64,000 bases of DNA from a virus (lineage: Duplodnaviria; Caudoviricetes): the IMG/VR virus record IMGVR_UViG_3300031998_000010; one strand, written 5' to 3'. The position numbers and the translations under genes were made by a program. This document shows positions 44,256 through 53,616 of the stretch, one piece after another. The notes below the pieces were generated by a model. The model was not told where the DNA came from. It worked only from the letters and a program-made list of their open reading frames with translations, and ran no database searches. Position 1 is the stretch's first letter. Every line of letters begins with the position of its first letter.

Positions 44256-46081
44256 AATCCATAACTCCCATAATTCGTGATACTTGTAACATCTTCGCCA
44301 GACCAACTACCTAATTCGATACCGTCAACAATATTATATGATGAACCTTCCGTCTGTACTGAGCCTTCATATGTGCAGATGCGCTCCCACTCTATTACAT
44401 TGAGATACCCATTATCATAATAGTGTCCATATTCACCGCAATTAGAATCATTGGGATTTTTAGTGTCTGCAATTATTGCTGCAAATGAATCTCCATTTGC
44501 AAGATTTACCACAATTATATCACCCTCAGTTCCAAATGTAGTAGCTACTGCTACGCAATAATAGCCACCTACTAAAGCAATACTTCCTCTATCATAAGGA
44601 TAACCTTCATATGCCCACTGGTCAGCTATTCTTCTTTGCATAGTCCCAGCAGCCCATCTGTGATAGAAGTAAGAATAGCTTGTATAGTTCCCATCAATAC
44701 CAGATTGTGCTATATCACTAGGGATACTTACTGTATATTGAACAGTAAGCTTTCTTCCATCAATATCCCTGAGGTCTTTGTCTCCGGCATATCCAGAAGA
44801 TTTCTTTGTTATGATTAGGGCTTTGTAAATTTCAGCTGATTTTTCTTTAGCCCTTTTCATTGCTGCATCACTGTCAAAATAATCATTATACTTGTGAATA
44901 ATAGCTTCAGTTGCTTCTTGTGTATACTGAGGAGAAAGTGCTTTATGCTTAAATGAAGATAAAAGATTAGCATAATCTTTTGCAAGTTCATCTACAACAC
45001 AATCTAACTGACCTGGTCCGATAAGGTTATACTTATTATCATATCCTAACTGGTCTTTGACCCATTCCCATCTGGGATTAGGCCATCCGGCTATTCCTTG
45101 AAGTCTTTGCATTGTGCCATCTACCATACCTAAATCTTTGCAGTAATCGACTCGAATAGTAGAATATGCATAAAGACATCCAGTTAATGCGGAAGCTGCA
45201 GAAGCACTGAAATCATTTTCTAACAAATAATCAACGCATTCTTTTACTACTCCCTCTAATTGAGAAGTATCTATATCATAGCCTTCATTTGCATCGCCTT
45301 CTTCATAACTATCAGGAGCAAATTTGGCATATAAATCACCTAACAAAGAAGTATAGTTGATAACAGATATTGCAACACTTGAAGAAGTATTTGATAAATT
45401 ATAACTGCCATCAAGGTACCCAACTTGTCTTAAGGTCATATCATGTCTATCATTTCTTGATTTATAAAGCGGACCTTTCTTTTTACTCTTTTTCTTTGAA
45501 TCTCCACTCTTACCTGACCCGCTAGAAGAACCTGATGTATCATCTCCCATATCTTCCCATCTAGCTCTAACATATCCATTAATACTAGAACTACTCAATG
45601 AATGTGTTAGTCGTTGACAGCAGTTTCCAGCATTGCCTTCAATTGTATGAACACCATATTCATCGACATATTCAACAATACCAATATGACCACCATGTTC
45701 ATACCCGGAGTAAGTACTTGCGGGGTCACCTACAAATGAAATTAAATCACCAGGTTCAGGATATACATCTCCACCAGTAAAATATGGGCCTTCAATCCAT
45801 TCGGCATCATACTGGTCTACGCTATAACCTGTAATTGCACCTACGCTATCTCCGGGGCCTAATATCTTCCAATCAATTTCTGCCATGACTTCACAGGCAG
45901 TTACAAGACATGCACACCATGCACAAGGAGGATATGCCCACACTTCGGTAGAATGACAAAGGTCAAACATTTCTGCGCCTCTAGGGTCAGTAAAAAGATT
46001 ACTCCCATCTGGGTCTTCTGATAACCCTAAGAAGTATCTTGCTGCGTCTAAAAATGCGTCAAGATGTGGTGCTCCTGCCAT
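44252..46081 (-). CDS. tail-associated peptidoglycan hydrolase (CHAP + tail-lysozyme-like + RlpA/3D-like)
   Basis: AWCACLV..GHIGIVE..TIEGN (CHAP); ASALTG..GIAGW..RW; YCVAV..FG..GD..IIADTK. Confidence 0.75.
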   Translation of the reverse strand: MAGAPHLDAFLDAARYFLGLSEDPDGSNLFTDPRGAEMFDLCHSTEVWAYPPCAWCACLVTACEVMAEIDWKILGPGDSVGAITGYSVDQYDAEWIEGPYFTGGDVYPEPGDLISFVGDPASTYSGYEHGGHIGIVEYVDEYGVHTIEGNAGNCCQRLTHSLSSSSINGYVRARWEDMGDDTSGSSSGSGKSGDSKKKSKKKGPLYKSRNDRHDMTLRQVGYLDGSYNLSNTSSSVAISVINYTSLLGDLYAKFAPDSYEEGDANEGYDIDTSQLEGVVKECVDYLLENDFSASAASALTGCLYAYSTIRVDYCKDLGMVDGTMQRLQGIAGWPNPRWEWVKDQLGYDNKYNLIGPGQLDCVVDELAKDYANLLSSFKHKALSPQYTQEATEAIIHKYNDYFDSDAAMKRAKEKSAEIYKALIITKKSSGYAGDKDLRDIDGRKLTVQYTVSIPSDIAQSGIDGNYTSYSYFYHRWAAGTMQRRIADQWAYEGYPYDRGSIALVGGYYCVAVATTFGTEGDIIVVNLANGDSFAAIIADTKNPNDSNCGEYGHYYDNGYLNVIEWERICTYEGSVQTEGSSYNIVDGIELGSWSGEDVTSITNYGSYGL

Positions 46082-46744
46082 TTATGGTACCTCAAATAAT
46101 TCAGGCTGTAATAATTCATCATCAATAGTGCTTACATCCTTGGGTGCTACTAACCAAAGATAAAATCTATCTTGGAATTGTGTCCAAGTGACACAAGACA
46201 ACCTATCATAATCTAGATATAGCCCTATCTTTGATTTTATGCCCCATTTTTCAGCATACTTATAATATAATTCTATAATATCATCATTTGTTGATGTACT
46301 GTTGTTTGTTTCAATTTTAATCCATAATCCTAATTCTGGAGGAAATTGAGATATTACATAATACAATGCTTGACATTCATCATCAGCTTCTTTTACACTT
46401 CTTGCTCGAGTAATCACATATAGCATGAAAGGCATGTTAGCATTATTACAATCAGTTGTCAATTTTGCTAAATGAGGATTTTCATATGTCCTTTGCATAT
46501 GAGATACATCGAAAAGTGCACCACCATAGAAAGCCATAGCACTGATTCGAGCTTGTCTTATTTTTGTATAATCTAATGTATTACTGAATTGAGGTGATAA
46601 AGTAGCCACAAACGGTCTCATAACAGCAGTATTTATTTCACTGCCGTCATTAGAACTTTCTTCACTTTCAGAAGAATCATCTGACGAACCTTCTTCGTCC
46701 TCTTCCTCTTCGTCTTCGTCGTAGCCTTCGTACTCTTCGTCCAT
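46082..46744 (-). CDS. GH25 muramidase-like protein (possibly inactive)
   Basis: LYVITRARSVKEADDE..LWIKIE..IGLY..LWLVA. Confidence 0.55.
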   Translation of the reverse strand: MDEEYEGYDEDEEEEDEEGSSDDSSESEESSNDGSEINTAVMRPFVATLSPQFSNTLDYTKIRQARISAMAFYGGALFDVSHMQRTYENPHLAKLTTDCNNANMPFMLYVITRARSVKEADDECQALYYVISQFPPELGLWIKIETNNSTSTNDDIIELYYKYAEKWGIKSKIGLYLDYDRLSCVTWTQFQDRFYLWLVAPKDVSTIDDELLQPELFEVP

Positions 46745-47178
46745 TAACTTACCTCAGTTAAATCGAGTTGACCCAATAGTATAGGAGTAGGGTCATGCTT
46801 GTATAATTGTTTCATAGAAACTCTTACAGGAAAGAGCCCTTTATCTGGATTACAATATTCAAATCGCATGAGCTTCTTATAGCTGTATCCTATAGAAGTT
46901 CCAACATATACAGGTGCTCCAAGAATAACTTTTACTGCACTCAATGAACAATACCTTACCCATCTTTGAGAAGTTACTTCTATTGTAACACTCCACGTAG
47001 AATTTTTAGGGTCTCTTCCAATATCAATAACAGTGCCTTCACATATACTATTTACATCTTGAGTATTTATCCAACAACCTGCATTGAATGAAGTACTGCC
47101 AGAATATCCTTGGCTTAGAACATCTTTGACTTCTACATTTTCTATTCCTGTTAAAATTGATAATGTTTTTGTGTTCAT
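46744..47178 (-). CDS. M23 peptidase-like protein (possibly inactive)
   Basis: VNSICEGTVI..VTIE..YCSLSAVKV..G..V..G..IG..RFE..DP. Confidence 0.55.
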   Translation of the reverse strand: MNTKTLSILTGIENVEVKDVLSQGYSGSTSFNAGCWINTQDVNSICEGTVIDIGRDPKNSTWSVTIEVTSQRWVRYCSLSAVKVILGAPVYVGTSIGYSYKKLMRFEYCNPDKGLFPVRVSMKQLYKHDPTPILLGQLDLTEVS

Positions 47179-48623
47179 CCTGGTATCTCCCTAAATTCTG
47201 GATAAACTGAGTCTTCAAAATCAACTTCGCTTGTCGATTTAATGTTATTAGTTTGAGTATATGCTGTACTATAGCCGTTGCTTCCCAACACAGTTATTCC
47301 TTGAGAAGCTGCTACTTCATTTGCATTGCTCATAACTAACCTCTGAACTTTAAGTGTTGTCACAAATGTATTAGAAATACTATGTGAAACAGATATTACA
47401 TTGTATATACCTGTTACAGGTGAAACTGTATTACCTGACATTATCAATAACGATACAGGTTGTGCTACACTATATTGTTTTACATTTCCAGGAATAGTTA
47501 TTGTAAAATCTCCAGAAAATTGAGATGCAAGAGCATTTACATCATTGATAATATTAGCAGTTTGGAATACATCTGCAAGTGTAGCAGACCAACTATTAAC
47601 AATTCGAGTATTCTCTATTATTGTATTACCACTACCGTCAACAGTAAATCCAAGCGAAGAGAATGACATATTGCTCATGTTATAAGCAACACCACTATAA
47701 GAACCACTTAATGATAATATATTTGTATTAGCGGTCCCATACTCTAACATATCTCCATAATGTTGAGTAGATAACCCTGCATTACTCTTGTAATGGATAA
47801 CTCCTTTTTTCGTCATTGTAGGTTCCTCAACCCAGAAAGAGAATGTTGAACATTGAGGAGTTTCATCTACAATACTCTTTTTGAGATACTCGTTAAGAGG
47901 TGTAATTATAAGGTTGTTCATTAATGTACTTAAATTTCCACAACCATATTTAATTCCTGCAGCCTCTCTTGAGCTATTATAAGATTTAGAAAGCTTTAAG
48001 CAACCTGGAAATTGTTCATAATCATCGCTCAAAGACACATGACCTCTAATGTAACCAACAAGGCTTGTACTCATTGCACCGTGATTAACTAGTGTAACTG
48101 CGTCATTATGGTCAATATCTAAATCATAATAATCATCTACTCCAAGAGCCTTACAAACGCCTTCAACAAGAGCAGAAGGTTGAACCATTCCGCACACAGC
48201 TGGAATATTTATAACAGGGACTGCAAATTTATATCCAATTGATGCATATCCGGTTACTGTGTATCTCATGAATAAGCCATCAGTAGATACTTTGAATTGT
48301 AAAGTGAATCCTTGATAAGCTACATTTTCACCAATTGAACCGTCTTTATTAAGCCAACCAAACATGAAACAAACAGGAATTCCGCTTGAATTTGGGTACT
48401 TACTTGCGTCTTGAGCTGCAGAATATAATAAAGCTTCAAATGCTGCAACATTTGATTTCTTAGCCTGGTCGCCTCCCACAACTACATTAAGTGTCCAAGA
48501 AGTGAATGAAGTTATTTGAGAATTACTTAATTCAAGAGAGCAGAAAGGACTAGGAATTTCAAAGCCGTAAGAAGTAAGATTCACTCCACTTAATACAAAT
48601 GTACAAAACGGCTGCTTAAACAT
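47175..48623 (-). CDS. putative baseplate hub protein
   Basis: position; C-terminal ITIPGN..TGIYNVISVSHSIS..F.TTL.V.R. Confidence 0.65.
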   Translation of the reverse strand: MFKQPFCTFVLSGVNLTSYGFEIPSPFCSLELSNSQITSFTSWTLNVVVGGDQAKKSNVAAFEALLYSAAQDASKYPNSSGIPVCFMFGWLNKDGSIGENVAYQGFTLQFKVSTDGLFMRYTVTGYASIGYKFAVPVINIPAVCGMVQPSALVEGVCKALGVDDYYDLDIDHNDAVTLVNHGAMSTSLVGYIRGHVSLSDDYEQFPGCLKLSKSYNSSREAAGIKYGCGNLSTLMNNLIITPLNEYLKKSIVDETPQCSTFSFWVEEPTMTKKGVIHYKSNAGLSTQHYGDMLEYGTANTNILSLSGSYSGVAYNMSNMSFSSLGFTVDGSGNTIIENTRIVNSWSATLADVFQTANIINDVNALASQFSGDFTITIPGNVKQYSVAQPVSLLIMSGNTVSPVTGIYNVISVSHSISNTFVTTLKVQRLVMSNANEVAASQGITVLGSNGYSTAYTQTNNIKSTSEVDFEDSVYPEFREIPG

Positions 48624-49051
48624 TATTCTTCTCCTAAGTTAAGTTGTAGTGCAGCAACAGGGGCTAAGATTTCTCCTGTTGCAAATAAATCAGAAACATT
48701 CCGTGGAATGATTAATGTTTGTCCTTCTCTGACAGTATAGCCATCTTCAATGCTGTTAAAGTATGAAATAATCCAACTATATGTAGGAGCACCTAAATAC
48801 TTATTTGCAATTAAATCTAATCTATTCTCTTCCGAATATTCTACAACGTGATAGATTACATTCAATTTATTAGTTGTAACTGGATTAGTAGTTTCAAGTG
48901 TTACAAACCTATCAGCCGAATTAGGGCAATGTATTACCTGACGAAGATTTCTATACCTTGAAATATGTTCGAAATCTCTACAAGTAGAATATGCAATGCC
49001 TGTGTACTCAGCTTCGTCATAAGGCTGTGTTAAATCTCTGTATGGAATCAT
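48623..49051 (-). CDS. LysM-like baseplate protein (gp53/gpX-like)
   Basis: RLDLIANKYLG..W.I..FN.I.D..EGQTLIIP. Confidence 0.8.
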   Translation of the reverse strand: MIPYRDLTQPYDEAEYTGIAYSTCRDFEHISRYRNLRQVIHCPNSADRFVTLETTNPVTTNKLNVIYHVVEYSEENRLDLIANKYLGAPTYSWIISYFNSIEDGYTVREGQTLIIPRNVSDLFATGEILAPVAALQLNLGEE

Positions 49052-50058
49052 GTAATCAGCCCTTTCTGCATAATTGTTGAGTAACTGAGAGGTGTATCAG
49101 ATACTTCTGTAATTTCAAGAACAAGTTTAAATTCTAAGTAGAAATCATCAAGACCGAGCGGACCACTCCAATCTACTTTACAAGAATTCATAATACCTGT
49201 TATAAGTTTATCTCCGTTTAACAAAAGTGTAACAGTAGGGAAGATAACAGATGAACCTGTATACTCAGGAAAGCAGTTTGCTTCGCAAAATCTAATTAAT
49301 TCATTTGCAAGTCCGTCTCTGTGGTCTCCTGTCCACATATCTCGATGCATATGGAAAGTATAAGTATTCTGTCTAGGACCTGAATTCTTATAAACATACC
49401 AAGGCTCATATTCATAGAGCATACTAGGCATCTGCTCAAATGAAGCACTATGACCGTCTGATATTTCCTCAGGATATACAGGAAAATCTTTCTTATCATC
49501 TAATATAGATGAGTATAAACTAATCTTGCCCCAAGGCAATTTAAACCATTCAAAAGGATTCTTCTCACCCTCAGGGGCTAAATCACTTATCATTCCAAAT
49601 GAACCATAAGAAGCTAAGCTATATTCTAAGAATATTGAGGGGTCAATCTCATGACTTATATTAGATTTCAATGAATATTCGCATTTTTCATGAACATCAG
49701 AAGGAACAGATTCTCCATTTCCAAGAATCAAATCAGACATTGCTACTTCAATAGTTTCAGGAATTCTGAAATAATCAGGAAAAGTATTAAGTTGACTTAA
49801 ACAATTCCAATCGCTTTCTGTCCCTAAAGCAGCTTTTTCGTAAACATCAGAATCGCCTACCATTGTATTCAAAATATTTAACTTAGTCTGCCAATCTGTA
49901 GTTCCTGTAAGACTTTCAGCACGCTCAATTGCTACTTTACCTACTTTGACTGTCCGTGGAATATTATTGATATTGAGTACAGCATCTACATTTCTTTCGC
50001 CTACAATATCGCCTAAATCAGAAAGTGTAGTATGTTTATCAATCTTTAAAAATTTCAT
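49048..50058 (-). CDS. putative tail tube initiator
   Basis: FPVYPEEISD..YKNSGPR..GIMNSCKVDW..LEITEV. Confidence 0.6.
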   Translation of the reverse strand: MKFLKIDKHTTLSDLGDIVGERNVDAVLNINNIPRTVKVGKVAIERAESLTGTTDWQTKLNILNTMVGDSDVYEKAALGTESDWNCLSQLNTFPDYFRIPETIEVAMSDLILGNGESVPSDVHEKCEYSLKSNISHEIDPSIFLEYSLASYGSFGMISDLAPEGEKNPFEWFKLPWGKISLYSSILDDKKDFPVYPEEISDGHSASFEQMPSMLYEYEPWYVYKNSGPRQNTYTFHMHRDMWTGDHRDGLANELIRFCEANCFPEYTGSSVIFPTVTLLLNGDKLITGIMNSCKVDWSGPLGLDDFYLEFKLVLEITEVSDTPLSYSTIMQKGLIT

Positions 50059-50059
50059 A

Positions 50060-50626
50060 CTATGCCTCCAGACGTAATTGTTTTATTACATGAGGTTCAC
50101 CAAAAACAGAAGCAGGCCTAACACCTGGAGCTAATGTTGAGATATATTTTAAACTCGTGTTGTAACAAAGAGCACAGGCTGTGGGTGTAAACTTATTATT
50201 GGTGTTACTAGCTCCTAAGAGAGCTAATGTATCGTAAATATCTAGGTAGGGAGAATTTGCATATACAACTTCTCCTAACATATAAGTATAAATCCAATCG
50301 GGCAAAGAAGCTTCAAGACCATTGTCCACATCAGATATACACTGGCTGATAGAATCTTTTATGAATGACTTCAAGTTTTCATATTCGGCTCGGAGACTCA
50401 CTTCGCTAATTACAACTCCATGATTATCTAATTTCTTGTAGATTACATCCTGTTCCTCAAAGGGATTAGGATAGTTATCTTCAAAGAAATGCTCATTGTC
50501 ATCATCATTTACATTGATAAAAGCATTGAACATCTCTTTATCAGAAATAAGGTGATAAGGATAACCAGGTAAGTAGCCGAGTTTTGAATATTTGATTTTT
50601 ATGATGTCATGAATAAATTCTGTCAT
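50060..50626 (-). CDS. hypothetical tail-module protein
   Basis: coupled within tail operon. Confidence 0.6.
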   Translation of the reverse strand: MTEFIHDIIKIKYSKLGYLPGYPYHLISDKEMFNAFINVNDDDNEHFFEDNYPNPFEEQDVIYKKLDNHGVVISEVSLRAEYENLKSFIKDSISQCISDVDNGLEASLPDWIYTYMLGEVVYANSPYLDIYDTLALLGASNTNNKFTPTACALCYNTSLKYISTLAPGVRPASVFGEPHVIKQLRLEA

Positions 50627-53580
50627 ATAATTGTACCATTAATTGTTGAACCACCATAGAAAATATGATAAGAATTAGGCTCCCAACCGTCTATTGCATT
50701 AACATCCATTGTCATATACTGAGCATCTAACAAATCTGTTGTTGCATCAAAAGCAATAGTTCCCGATGTGAATGTGTCACTATCAGGTCTATATGTTCCT
50801 GTGACAGCTGTGAAATTTGTTGTAATCATTATCCAGTTATTATTTTGTACTTTATATGCGGTTACAAATGTACCTGTTACCTTGAGAGGCTTCACAATAC
50901 ATTTCTCAGGATATATTAATTCAGAACCTTGAGGTAAGTTGAATATTCCTCCGATAATTGACCTTCCATATATTACATTTGTAGCAGTAGAACCATTTGC
51001 TACATATAAGCTGCATTCAATGATATTACCATCTCCACCTAATGTAATACTACGTAATGCAGATGAATAGTGGTTATCATTTGGATTGGCTTCGTTCCAG
51101 AAGGTGATATCCTGTACTGTGGGTGTAGCCGCAGGTTGTGAAATCTCCATTCCATTTACTTGAATATCAGGGTCAGTGTCCTTAAATCTATCATACCACA
51201 ATGTAATATCTAAGAAACCTGTGAATGTTCCTGTCCTTATTACACAAGACCTGATATAATCAAATACTGTAGCATCATAATATATGCAACTTCTATATAC
51301 ATTGATAACAGGAGTTCCTGCGATATTGCTATCAATTCTAATTTTTTCACAATCTACAATATTGATAATTGTATTAGAATTTGCTTTGCCTAAGATATGT
51401 AAGTAAACTGCTGTTCCAAATCTAGAATCAATATTATTGATATTAATAACAGTAGCATTACTTTCTTCAGGTAATGTCATGTAGATATTAATAACTTGCG
51501 GTACAGCTGAAGCATTTGCATTGAAAGGAAATGCAATTCTATTATTTACATATTCATCAAGGTTAGCTTGTACCTGAGAAGAAGTAAGTGATGTAGGTAA
51601 TGTGAAATCTTCACCTAATTGATATGCTAATGTTCCTGAACGGAGTAACTCGTAATCAATTAACTTGAGTCTTCCGTCAGAATCTAATGTAACATATCCA
51701 CTATCAGTAGCTAACGGGTCTGTATTATAAAATCCTCCGGCTTGAGTTGTAGTTGCAAGAGGAATTCCGCCTGTTACTAAGATATAGTCAGACCAACTAC
51801 GCGGGCCTGTACCAATTACTACGTAGTAATAAGGCGTAACAACATTATCTTCATCATTATGTAAGTCTACTTCAAAATAATCCTTATTTTTTATTCCACG
51901 ATAAGAATTGAACCCAAAGAGTGTTGTTGCATCTTCGTTAAGAATCTTATTCCACTTTGTTTGGTCCCAATCACCTGAAGTAGCTTCAAGGCACTGATAT
52001 AATGCACCATTGTATGCAGCATAATCATCCTTGACATATGATTTACTTGTGTCATAAAAATCTGCAAGATGCTTAAGTGCTTCTGTATCAACAGTTCTTA
52101 CACCTGTGTCTTCGTTGTAATCTGTTAAGCCTTCGTTATCTCCTGTCCAGATACCAATTGCTGTATCACCTAATCTTACACCTGAAGGTAAAGATTCCGA
52201 ATAATCAATATTTGAAATTGTTCCAGGCAATACTTTATACATTGTAGAAGGAGCCGCTCCTGCATCAGTTGATATCTGTGCAGTAAAATCTTCTCTTACA
52301 AATATATAATCACCATTTTGATAACTTGTAGGAATTGTGGGCATTACATAATCAACATCTTTAGTATCTAAATACAAGATGAGATTTCCAGACGCTGTAG
52401 GAATATAAGAATTTACATCTACTGTCTGCAATCCTGAAAGCTTTTCACCTAAATTCTTTATTACTTGAGTATATTCAGCATCAACAGTACCAGGAGCACC
52501 AGAAAGATAATTAGCTTTCGGTAATTTGATATCCCTTATGCCAAAGTATAAATCTTGTCCTGCTGTATTCTTCATAGAATCAATCTGTTGATGAGGTACA
52601 GCTAAGTGAACATATCCATCATTTGTTGATAAGAATGTTGCTTGAGGAATTGTATCGTTAGGATTTACAGGTGTAAGATGATTTTGAGGTTCAGAATCCC
52701 AAACCATCAAACTTCCTGTTGAATCACACCATGTAGCCTTATCTGTCTGGCCTCCCTGACCGGAGAATGTATACAACATGTGAGGATTCAAATTATCCTT
52801 TGAAATGAAGTGGTCATTAAATAACTGACTTACATCTCCAATTCTCCGTGAATCAATACAGCTCATCTTCTCTGAATTCTGCTCAATAGTGCTTACAACA
52901 CCATTGATATAGATGAAATCTGCTAACTTCAAATCAGCAGTAACTGCATCTCTATCTTTAGGAGAATCTGCAGGAGTAATAAAATCAGTTGTAGGAAGTA
53001 CAACTAACTGAACTCCAATGTAAGTATTATCTTCATTTTCAATGAGCATTGAACCTGCCATTGTAGTTTCTTCACTATAATAAGATTTAATGCCGATTGA
53101 TAACTTACCTAAAAGCGGAGTTGCATTGTTCAATGAAAGTTGAGCATTTGCTAATACTAAATCTACAGTCATAGGAGCTGTCGATTGAACATAATGTCCA
53201 TTTATTACTGCACGACCTGGAGCTACTTGAAGAATAGAACCTGTCGAAGTAACTAATGCCCACTTTGTTTTATTGAAAGGTTCAGGTGTAAGTACTGCTT
53301 CAATACAAACATAAGTAGAAGAATTATATGTAACATATTCTCCTATTGTGTATGATTGTCTGCTACTATAGTCAGGAGCTTCTACACTCGATACAAGAGA
53401 TACTTTGAAATCTTCAGGTCCGTGAACAAAAGAAGGTCCAACTTCATAAGTAATCTCAGGCTTAGTATTTACCATCTCTCTTGAACGAAGATTGTATTCT
53501 GTAACAAGCTGACCACCTTTAGTAGAATTACTCAAAGGGAATATATTTGTTGACGCTACATTAAATGTTGGAAAATGCAT
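50623..53580 (-). CDS. large tail/baseplate protein with two CBM5/12-like modules
   Basis: YTIGEYVTYNSSTYVC..KW and YVKDDYAAYNGALYQC..KW; VAPGRAVINGHY. Confidence 0.65.
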   Translation of the reverse strand: MHFPTFNVASTNIFPLSNSTKGGQLVTEYNLRSREMVNTKPEITYEVGPSFVHGPEDFKVSLVSSVEAPDYSSRQSYTIGEYVTYNSSTYVCIEAVLTPEPFNKTKWALVTSTGSILQVAPGRAVINGHYVQSTAPMTVDLVLANAQLSLNNATPLLGKLSIGIKSYYSEETTMAGSMLIENEDNTYIGVQLVVLPTTDFITPADSPKDRDAVTADLKLADFIYINGVVSTIEQNSEKMSCIDSRRIGDVSQLFNDHFISKDNLNPHMLYTFSGQGGQTDKATWCDSTGSLMVWDSEPQNHLTPVNPNDTIPQATFLSTNDGYVHLAVPHQQIDSMKNTAGQDLYFGIRDIKLPKANYLSGAPGTVDAEYTQVIKNLGEKLSGLQTVDVNSYIPTASGNLILYLDTKDVDYVMPTIPTSYQNGDYIFVREDFTAQISTDAGAAPSTMYKVLPGTISNIDYSESLPSGVRLGDTAIGIWTGDNEGLTDYNEDTGVRTVDTEALKHLADFYDTSKSYVKDDYAAYNGALYQCLEATSGDWDQTKWNKILNEDATTLFGFNSYRGIKNKDYFEVDLHNDEDNVVTPYYYVVIGTGPRSWSDYILVTGGIPLATTTQAGGFYNTDPLATDSGYVTLDSDGRLKLIDYELLRSGTLAYQLGEDFTLPTSLTSSQVQANLDEYVNNRIAFPFNANASAVPQVINIYMTLPEESNATVININNIDSRFGTAVYLHILGKANSNTIINIVDCEKIRIDSNIAGTPVINVYRSCIYYDATVFDYIRSCVIRTGTFTGFLDITLWYDRFKDTDPDIQVNGMEISQPAATPTVQDITFWNEANPNDNHYSSALRSITLGGDGNIIECSLYVANGSTATNVIYGRSIIGGIFNLPQGSELIYPEKCIVKPLKVTGTFVTAYKVQNNNWIMITTNFTAVTGTYRPDSDTFTSGTIAFDATTDLLDAQYMTMDVNAIDGWEPNSYHIFYGGSTINGTII

Positions 53581-53616
53581 ATGTTAGTTATCCTCCAAAT
53601 ATTATCTTTCTTAAGT

